From Bugula neritina (Eukaryota > Animalia > Bryozoa): a DNA stretch of 64,000 nt. The stretch covers positions 17,109,781 through 17,173,780 of the forward strand of contig OZ037767.1 in NCBI GenBank assembly GCA_964035545.1, in the 5' to 3' direction. The translations under genes were made by a program, and so were the position numbers. Positions 54,673 to 64,000 of this stretch are shown here, piece after piece; the stretch's first letter is position 1; every line of letters begins with the position of its first letter. Below the pieces are notes generated by a model. The model was not told the origin of the DNA and made no database searches. It was given only the letters and a program-made list of their open reading frames with translations.

Positions 54673-55901
54673 GTGATTAATTTTGTGTCGTTAAAACTGT
54701 TTAACAATTGAAACTATTGTTGTTATATAAAGCACATTAAAATAAAAACTTATTATTTTGTAATTATTTTGGTTTCTTATTAATGTATAATGTAAGTTGA
54801 GAATTGGATGCCTGGACTGTGAGAAGCTATAAGTGTTTTATAAATGAATGGTTGAAAAAAATGTGAATGTTTTTAATAAAAATGTTGTGCAATGTTGTTG
54901 TAGTTATGTGCACTACTAGATTGTGTGTCATTGTGTGCTGATAATTACTGCATATTCACTGTGAGGTTATGTGAAGAACCGAACAAGTAGATCATAGAAC
55001 GAGAAAACTGTATTGAATCAATTACACACGATAAAAGTATTTTACATATAAAAGAGAAAATATAACCATAGTCGAAGCAATTACATGTAGTTATCCTAGT
55101 AGTTACTAACACTGTCTGAGACAGCCTGTGTGCGCCGGAAGTCAGTCCTGATTGTACGACACAAGATTCCGGCGGTGTCGTGTGCAGTTGCTGGTGGTGT
55201 CACCCGTGAATACTAGTACGGCATGATTTGGAGTTGTTGTCCTTGACCATAATCTATTGAGTTATGTTTAGTAGGGGGTACTGGGGGGGGGGTGTACTTC
55301 CACTAACCATTACAAAGTTTAACAACAAAGAAAAAAACTATGATTGTCTTCCCATACAAGAAATATAACATTTTGTTGGTTTAGTAATTGTCTTGCAGCA
55401 TTACCAATAATATATATTAGGAAAAAAAGCTACTCACAAAATTAAATTTTTGAGTTTATAGAGTTGTGTTTTATAACTAGAAAACAGACACAATGCTTAA
55501 TTATAAAATAATTTACTGAGGACTTGCAGATTTCATAAATAGAAATAGGAGATAACATTTGTATAATAGATGGGTACAATGTAGCTTACAGTTCATGCTA
55601 TAACATGGTATGATGTGATATATAACATAAAATGATTTGATATAGTATTCGTAATTTCATGAAATGTTCAAAATCTGTGTCAGTCGCCCAAATCTAGAGG
55701 CTGATTATTCAAGTACAAGAAATGTTAATCTGGATCCTCCCATATATACACCATCTGTCATCCTTCAGTACGAATATCTTACAGATGTGCCATTATTTTG
55801 TTACATGCATGGATAGAAAGTGTAAACAACTCCTAATTGTTAAATTGAAACAATACCACAACTAACAATGACTCATGATTCACAGAATTGGCCATTGTCT
55901 A

Positions 55902-57847
55902 TCACCTGATTGGCTCAGGTTTCAAATCACAATTATTTTTTCTACTCCAGTATTTAGAGATATTTTTATATTCTGCCTTCCCGTCTTGTTTCAAGTGTGC
56001 CTGTCGACACATGTAACAGTGTAACGACTCTTTGTGATATCTTGGGACAATCTCGTGTGATTCTCTCCACCGATGGTAACTGTTGTACGCAGCCGTATTT
56101 CTATCTAGCTTGTGCATGAACTCTGCCAGCAACTTTACAGACGTGAAGTTTCTGGTGTGGAGGAAGGAGTTGGGAGGAGCAAATCGTTTGTATTCTTCCA
56201 CAGAAGCACCCAGAGCTATCGGAATATTGTAACTTCTGGATTTCAGGGTGTTCCAGAACTTCTCCGTTATGTATTCCTTACAAATACTGTTTTCAAATGC
56301 TAAATAAAACTTATATTTACTTCTCAGTTCATCATAACAAGTGGTGTTTCCTGGTGCACAACCATCAGATTTTCCAGAACAACTTCCCTTTCCTGCAAGA
56401 AAAATCATAAAGAAATTCGGGGAAGAAGTGAAACAGGCATATTCACAGATTAGCAAAGGGTAAATGTCACAGTGAACAAATTGAAATCTTGTAGATCTTT
56501 TAGAAGTAACAGCAGAGTGCCCCAGATGTAGATTCAGTATATGAACTGAGTCAACCTTTGAACCAGACTGATTAGAATACTGATGAGCACAACATATTCA
56601 CTTGACTCACCAAATATATCAACAGAGACATACTTCTGCAGCTCTTTCACGTACTCATCTCTACCAGAAGCTGCCTGGCAGTGAGAGACAAACCAGAGAG
56701 CCATTTTGGTTTTGCCTGCAGAGTAGTCTATGGACTTGAGAGACTTGGAAGAGTTCTTTAGTCTGACAGTTGGTATGTATGAGATACTGTAGTCTGAGTT
56801 TAATAGATAGTTGGAAGACAGGTTAAGTATGTTCTGTAAGGGTAGTAGTTCCTCGTCTGCTTGGGTGTATACTGGTGACTCCTGAATTGACATGGTTAAT
56901 ACATTATTTAGAAAAAACGGAAAAATTTATCCAGAATTAAACAAAATACATAGAATAAAAATAGAGAATTGGGCAAAAACAAGTCATCAAAAAAGAGTGA
57001 AAGAATCAACAACCGTCAGTTGGCAGAACAAGACCTTTGTCTCATATGTTACTAGTTCGCTAATCTGGTAAAAAGTAATATCACAATAGATTACCAAAAA
57101 AGTAAACAATTGAATTTAAACTTCAACACTATAGTTGTTAACCTGGTTTATTTCCATCCACATCTGACCAGGTTTGTGATACACAGGCAAGTCGGTAAAG
57201 TCTAGAGCTCTCACGTAAGGTCTGTAAGGTGAGATATTCAAGTTTGGTTTCAACTCTCTTATTCTGAATAGCAGCAAATCAGCAGAATCCAAGAGACTAC
57301 GATTCCCTGTTATCTCACATTGGGAATAGGCGCAGTATCTGAAGGTCCCAGGGTTTATCCCCCACAATGGTTCCCGAGCAGTCAAGCTAGTCCAGGCTAA
57401 TATCAGCTTCGTTCCATTGGATCGAGTCTCTACTTTTGCTGGAATGGATTTTTTAAGCCGAGGTGTAGGGGGTTTATTTCTAGGGGGGTTTTTTCCAGAG
57501 GGTTTAGTCACAGGGGGTTTATTTGCTGGTACATTTGGCTGTACTGTTTCAGTTTTGTTGACCCGAAGAGCGGACATGGTTTTATTTTTAGTTTGTGTTG
57601 ATTGCTTCACAGTTGGTGGCTTTACATTCACTAAGTTTAGATCTCCTGGCTTCTTCTGATAATACTTTGCATTGGAAGGAAAGGAGACATGCCTTGCTGT
57701 AGCCATTCCTTTACCTTCAGGCAAGGTTGGTGTGAAGGGAGTTGGTTCCATCACTGTAAAGTATGTCATTGTCAGGTAGTTGGTGGATAATAACACTCCA
57801 ATAGCTAGACTCCATTTAAAACATTTTTGCAATTTGAAGCGTGGCAT
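55902..57847 (-). CDS. Alpha-1,3-fucosyltransferase (GT10), copy C, ~488 aa
   Basis: Exons 57143-57847, 56611-56881, 55902-56392; same motifs; shorter stem region. Confidence 0.93.
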
Positions 57848-58168
57848 GTCTGTGACTAACTTGTGATTATAGTTTTAACTTGTGACTGGAGTCTTGACTT
57901 GTGACTGGAGTCTTAACTTGTGACTGGAGTCTTAACTTGTGACTGATGCTAACATAGGTCCATTCTGAAAGCGATAAGCAGCCTTGTTCGATCAGTTGTT
58001 TTATAAACGTTTCTATCGACTTCTACAAAATTTACTTCTACTTTGCAGAGTACCTGTGAAACATGCAGTTTGAAGATGTTTTTGAAGTTACAAATTTGTT
58101 TACAATTTATACTTTAAGATTCTGCATTTCTTGTGCTACAATAGTAATGTTAATAGTAAGTTATGCTG

Positions 58169-58208
<40 letters not shown>

Positions 58209-58221
58209 TAATAATAATAAT

Positions 58222-58310
58222 GTGTCAGAATAGCTCAGTTGGTAGAACACATTACTCCAAAAATCCAGAGTTCCGATTATGCTTCGGGTGCGATTCGCGA
58301 CTGCGGCATT
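58222..58310 (+). other. tRNA-derived (Pol III A/B box) head at the 5' end of the Dong insertion
   Basis: A-box-like TAGCTCAGTTGGTAGA at 58231; B-box-like GGGTGCGATTC at 58286. Confidence 0.6.
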
Positions 58311-59078
58311 TTTCTGGCAAAAAGCCTTCAGCAAGCTTTGCACATTACCTTGCTGGGTCCTATTAGAACTAAAACCTAAAATTAGTTCCTAAAAACCCAA
58401 TATGATGAATTACAATAACGTGAATGGGATGTCTAGCCAAGCTAGGCATGTCTTGTCCGGCAGTGGGTATGTGGAGGACCAGGCAACCCACGGTCGTCAA
58501 CCTGTTACTGGCACAACTAGAAGAAAATACTCAAGAGAAGACAACAAAGCTGTCATGGAATGCTACTTCAAACGTAGACCTGGAGTGAGGGGTTATAGAA
58601 AAAGAATGTATGAACTCTGGAAGGAAAGAGGAGGATTTGACATCAGCGAACAGAGACTAGCAGATCAAGCAAGAACTATAAAAAAACACAAGCATTTCAC
58701 AGAGGAAGAACTCCATGAGATTGAAGAAGGAACCTTGCAAAAACAAGGCACAACAGTTGATGAAGAAGATCATGAAGAGCTAGATCGAGACATAGAAGAG
58801 GATGTTAAAGTTCAGCATGAGATACCAGATGAACCAACGATAAAAATTTTAAGAGTACCTAGTTCAGAGGCAGAAAAATTACTAGTTGAAAAAATTATAG
58901 ATGAGCATAGTAGATTAACTAATGATCGACCAAGACTAAGCGCCCTTAGGCACATTGAGAGGGTCAGATTACTTCAGGCAGTAAGACAAATTAACGAAAT
59001 GCTAGACTGTGTTGAGATTATTAATATCACTGAGCTCAATGACACCATCATGGATTGTGCAATAATAGTAACAGAACA

Positions 59079-60052
59079 GGTCAGGTGTTTAATCTGCTAC
59101 CGGTAACCATGTAACCGGTACTACCTGTTCCATGGGTCGGACTGTCGGCGACTAAACCGATACCCCCTAATGTCTTGACATTAGGGAGGGTGTACTGGAC
59201 ATCCATGTAGAACTAAAAATAACATCTACTAAAAATCTGAAAGACCATTCCAGTGGGTATCTGTGGCAGCCCTCAAGGGCGTGTACAGACAAACGTGTAT
59301 AACGGCCAGCCACTGCAGCAGGTTGTAAATGCTAGCATGTCTTGACCTGTTCTTGCCGCTAGATCCCATTTACACCCTGCCGAGAGAGAGAACATGGTAA
59401 CGCGAAAGCCAAGTTCACTTAACCACTTCGCATGCAGTTTTATGGACTATGACAATGGAAACAGTATTTGATACCGGCACGAACGTCGCCCGGGTTAACA
59501 AGGTTCGCGCTGGTCTGCTCCCGCTCCGGCAGCCAGTGAAAAGTCAGCTAGGACGCAATGGAAAGTTCAGAAAAGTTCTGAGACTAGCAGAATGGAATGT
59601 TAGAACATTATTAGACCGGAATAATTCAAAAAGACCAGAGAGGCAGACAGCACTTGTTGCTTCATGATGAGGCAACTGAGAGACATAATGGCTGTAAAAT
59701 GGTATGACAAAGTTACGAATGAAGAAATATTAAGACGTGCCAATTTGCCAAGCATGGCCGACATCCTTATAGAAAAGAACTTGAGATGGCTAGGCCATGT
59801 GCACAGGATGGAACATAGCCAGCTACCAAGACAATTGCTCTACTCTCAGCTGAAAGAGGGTAAAAGAAATACAGGGCGACCTAGACTCAGACTTAAAGAT
59901 GTTGCTAAGAGGAATATGAAATGGAGAGCAATAAACTTGAGTTCATGGCAGCAGACAGCTGACAACAGAGCTGCGTGGAGAGCTGCAACCAAATCTAAGC
60001 TTAATCCATAAAACAGTCATAGTCGTATCGACTGACTGCAAGAGAGAGAGAG
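59079..60052 (+). mobile_element. Internally deleted RTE-clade non-LTR element nested in Dong
   Basis: 12-bp TSD agtaacagaaca (59067-59078, 60053-60064); (AG)n tail; APE N-terminus LAEWNVRTLLD..RPERQTALVA joined directly to the RTE C-terminal region W.DKVTNEEIL...LRWLGHVHRM...LPRQLLY...GRPRLR...W...A.NRAAWR. Confidence 0.9.
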
Positions 60053-63000
60053 AGTAACAGAACAAGTGTGTAACAATAAGGAAAGAAGAAAACCTAACAA
60101 TGTACCAGCATGGAAAGTACGACTACAGAACAAATCAAGAGAAATTAGATCAGACTTGAGTAAAGTAATCGAGTGCAAAAGAAGACCTTACAATGATCCA
60201 TTGAGAAGAAGGCTTGAAGGAAAGCATAGGATAAAGAACAAAGGATATAATGTAGTGATTGAAGAACTAAAGCAAAATCTGAGGGCTGTAAGTCAGAAAA
60301 TAAAAAGATATACAGAACGAGTCGAACAATATAACCAGAACAGGATGTTTACAAACAATGAAAAGCGCTTCTATCAAGAATTACAAGGATCTGAATGTAC
60401 ATCTAAAGAGACACCTGACAAGGAAGAATCAAAAACGTTCTGGCAAAACATCTGGGGCCAGCCAAAGAAGCATAATAACAATGCAGAATGGCTAAATAAA
60501 GTAAGCAGCAAGTTGGAGCATATGGAAAAACAAGAGAACTTAAGCATTACAGTGGCTGATGTGAAAAAGATGATAAGCAAAATGCCCAATTGGAAATCAC
60601 CAGGGCCAGATGGAGTTCAAGGATACCGGATTAAACACCTGACGAAGCTACATATGCTGATTGCTGATCACCTGCAGAAGTGCTTGGATAATGGGGATGT
60701 CCCTGAAAGGATGACATCAGGCAAGACAATGATAATGAAGGATCCAGCTAAAGGGAAGCAACCAGGAAACTATAGACCAATTACCTGCTTGCCACTCATG
60801 TGGAAAACATTGACAGGCATATTAGCTGACAGCCCGTATGATCATCTCCCAGAGCAAAATATAATTGGAGAAGAACAAAAAGGCTGCATTAGAAAGTCAA
60901 AGGGTGCTAAAGATCATCTCATGCTTGATAAGGCAATCATGTGTGACTCGAAAAAAAAAGTACCAATCTAGCAATGTGTTGAATAGACTATCAAAAGGCA
61001 TATGACATGGTACCACACTCATGGATCTTAGAAACAATGCAACTAACTGGAATGGCTGATAATGTGATAAGGTTGATAAAAAAAGCATGAAGTCTTGGAA
61101 AACACAACTGGAGTACCTTGGAGAAAAGATCGGAGGGATAGACATCAAGCGAGGAATTTTCGAAGGAGACTCTCTATCGCCACTCCTCTTTGTGACTGCT
61201 CTTATCCCTCTATCAATTCTAATGAGAGAAGCGGCTCAAGGATACAAGTTTCGACAGGGTAGAAAAATAAACCATCTTTTATATATGGGTGACTTGAAGC
61301 TATATGAGAAATTGAAGCCAGAACTGGAAGCTTTGGTGAACACTGCCAGGATCTTCACAAGGGATGTAGAAAGGAAATTTGGGTTACAGAAATGTTCCAC
61401 ACTGGTTATGAAAAGAGGAAAGAAAATTGAAGACACAGGAATTACTATGCCTGATGAACAGGTAATCAAAGATCTGGATGAGGAGCCGTATAAGTATCTA
61501 GGAGTTCTTGAGACTGATAGAATAAAAATGGATGAAATGAAAGATAAAACCAGGAAGGAGTACTATAAGCGAATAAGAAAAGTTCTGGAATCAAAACTAA
61601 ATGGAGGGAATACGATCAAAGCAATAAACACTTGGGCAGTAGCAGCACTGCGTTACACAGCTGGAATACTTGACTGGACTGTTGATGAACTAAAAGATAT
61701 GGACTGAAAGACAAGGAAGCTTATGACAATAAATCGTGCACTCCATCCAAGAGCAGATGTAGACAGGCTGTATGTTAGCAGAAGGGAAGGCGGCAGAGGG
61801 ATGATGTCAATTGAAAAATGTGTAAGGATTGAAGAATGCAGCATGTCAGATTACATAAAGAGGACATGCACTGATGGAGACACCACTCTGAATACCTTCC
61901 TAAAGGACAAAACAGCTATAGAAATCAAGAACGATAAACCGCTAGAAAGAACTGATGGGTGGAAAGAAAAGGCTCTACATGGTCAGTACATCAGAAAGGT
62001 GGAGGACATGAAAACGTGCTCATGGAAATGGTTGAAATCTCGTTGGCTGAAAAAGGAAACAGAAGGACTGCTGTTAGCTGCGCAAGATCAAGCACTTTCT
62101 ACTAAAAATTATAAAGTAGCTAAAATGAAAGAACAAGGTAGCAAGAAGTGTCGGATGTGTAATGCAAGAGACGAGACTGTGATGCATATACTGAGTGAAT
62201 GTGAGAAGTTAGCACAAGGAGAATATAAGAAAAGACACGACCATATGGCATTGATAATTCACTGGGAGTTGTGTGAGCTCCATGGATTTCAGAGAAGCAA
62301 AAATTGGTACGACCACCAAGCAGAATCAGTACTGGAGAATGACGATGTAAACATTTTATGGGACTTCAACATACATACCGACAAAGTCATCGAAGTAAGG
62401 AGGCCTGATATAGTAGTAGTTGACAAGCGTAATGCTGAAACAACAATCATCGATATCCCAGTTCCTGGTGACTACAGAGTAAAAGAAAAAGAATCAGAGA
62501 AGATAGGAAAATATCAGGATTTAGCACTAGAGTTAACCCGACTTTGGAAAACATCAACAAAAGTCATCCCCATTGTAGTTGGAGCCCTTGGAGTTTCACA
62601 CAAAACTGCAGAATGGATGGCACTACTTGGAGTAGGTAGCTGAAAACAAATACCCACTGATTCAGCAGACAGCCTTACTAGGATCAGCTCACATCTTGAG
62701 GAAAGTGCTATCCATCCCAGCCTAGTGGAACTAAGCCGATGGTAGAAGGTTGCACCAGCTAAAAGCTGTGATACAACCAATAATAATAATAATAAAGAGT
62801 TTGCATTAATAGCGTGATTGTCCCACCACCCAAATATGACAGAGCGGAGCTATAGATGAGGAAAGAAAAACATTAATAGTGTGCTTGTGAAATAAATTCA
62901 GCTTTTGCTATATGTATTATAAATAGAAGTAATATAAAACCATTATATGTTATAATTGTTGTAGTTATAGTGTGCTTGTAAACATAAATAGCTTCAATAC

Positions 63001-64000
63001 TATATAATATATTATAAATAGAAGTAAAGTAATTATAAGATATATGCATATATTATAATGTGTTATTTTACTTATAATATTTAAACATTTGTGATGTCAC
63101 AAATTTACCTGAAATTAGAGCTTCTTCACCTGAGATTGCTTAGCCAGTATCTACACAGCCTCTTTCTGACTATACTTTGTTGCTGTCAGTTTCCCAGCTG
63201 GTACTCTGCACCTAGTCTATAGTATAGCTGAGTAACACATCACCTAGATATATTCAAGTCTGTATTATACGCTATACAAAAGATACTCAAATTTTTTTTC
63301 ATGGTATAAATACGAATGTAAAGGTTTTAGAAAAAGGCAGTCTGCCTTATCACAAATATCTTCATGTTGAATAGAAATATATTAGTTACATAAGTTCCCG
63401 TTACAAGTTCACAAGATAGAAAACTATTGATTTATATGAATGCATAAGGAGAGATGAATACAAAGTATCAATTTTTAGCCTATTGTCCATCCTTTTCTCT
63501 ACACTTTGACTACTGAGAGCGTACTTTAAGATCCCATTACATTTAATATAGCCTACATCAATGATTAACTGACAAATGGTTCTACACAAAGCTATAGTAA
63601 TTGAACTCAGGGCATGTTTAAAGCCAAAACAAATGAGATGTTTACATATAGTGATTGCCATTATAACTACTGGCCTAAATATTGGATAAAATTCCCTGAA
63701 TCTCCTATTTGACTCTTCAAGTTTATGTCATGTTTTATTTGTGAATTTTTACCTGCAATTAGAAAGTTTAAGCAGATGATATTAAACAAGTAAATGCCAA
63801 TATAATAAGTAATTTTCTTTGTGGAAATCTCAACCCAGTCATCTGATTTGAGTTTATGCTTGTGCCAATAAAACACATAATTGATTATATTTATGCTAAA
63901 TTTTTAAAATTGATGGTTAATAATCTAAGATATTCATTTTATTTTGCCATAAAAATGATTAAAATTGCAGTCTAAAAAAGATGACAAAGTGTAAAAGTGT

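Larger units (their letters stand above)
58222..62778 (+). mobile_element. Near full-length, inactivated R4/Dong-clade non-LTR retrotransposon (RT + CCHC + restriction-like endonuclease) inserted in an (AAT)n microsatellite
   Basis: N-terminal RRKYSREDN..VMECYF..YRKRMYELW..EQRLADQARTI; RT WKSPGPDG, NYRPITCL, GIFEGDSLSPLLF, HLLYMGDLKLY, YKYLG; CRMCNARDETVMHILSEC, KRHD, RPDIVV..IIDI.VP; frameshifts and stops; (AAT)n on both sides; the paralogous site at 52369-52395 is empty. Confidence 0.93.
48803..64000. repeat. Tandem segmental duplication: unit 1 = 48803-54669; unit 2 = 54670 to beyond the window end (unit 2 carries a 4.6-kb insertion)
   Basis: aaagtgattgattttgtg at 48803 vs aaagtgattaattttgtg at 54670; colinear through the FucT gene; 52390-53607 matches 62790-64000 (near-identical ORFs 53274-53483 and 63667-63876). 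Confidence 0.92.

Noticed and set aside
54354-54711. His-Thr and Cys-Val repeat ORFs
   Set aside because: Translations of the (CA)n microsatellite.

Overview
AT-rich, intron-containing animal (invertebrate-type) genomic DNA; no prokaryotic features and no CRISPR. Gene models were built by hand from GT/AG sites and phase continuity. Left to right: (1) 5' part of a TECPR2-like WD40 gene (minus strand, runs off the left edge) with a ~5.3 kb TTAA-flanked Kolobok-like DNA transposon relic in one intron; (2) a six-exon plus-strand gene joining a signal peptide and a Goliath/RNF130-type PA (protease-associated) domain to a complete class A 7TM GPCR, with a small antisense gene nested in intron 4 and RFX X-box-like motifs; (3) a small CS/p23-like domain gene (minus); (4) a CR1/L2-like LINE fragment; (5) USP38/USP35, whose exon-4 splice donor is repeated ~63 times in frame by a 21-bp minisatellite; (6) a deleted Copia element and a MULE-type MITE; (7) three GT10 alpha-1,3-fucosyltransferase paralogs (one inverted pair around a TIR element, plus a tandem duplication carrying an orphan cytochrome P450 last exon); (8) an (AAT)n-inserted Dong/R4 retrotransposon with a tRNA-like head, interrupted by an internally deleted RTE element. 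The most novel-looking items are the PA-domain GPCR and the splice-site-seeded minisatellites. All family assignments rest on recalled motifs, not database searches.
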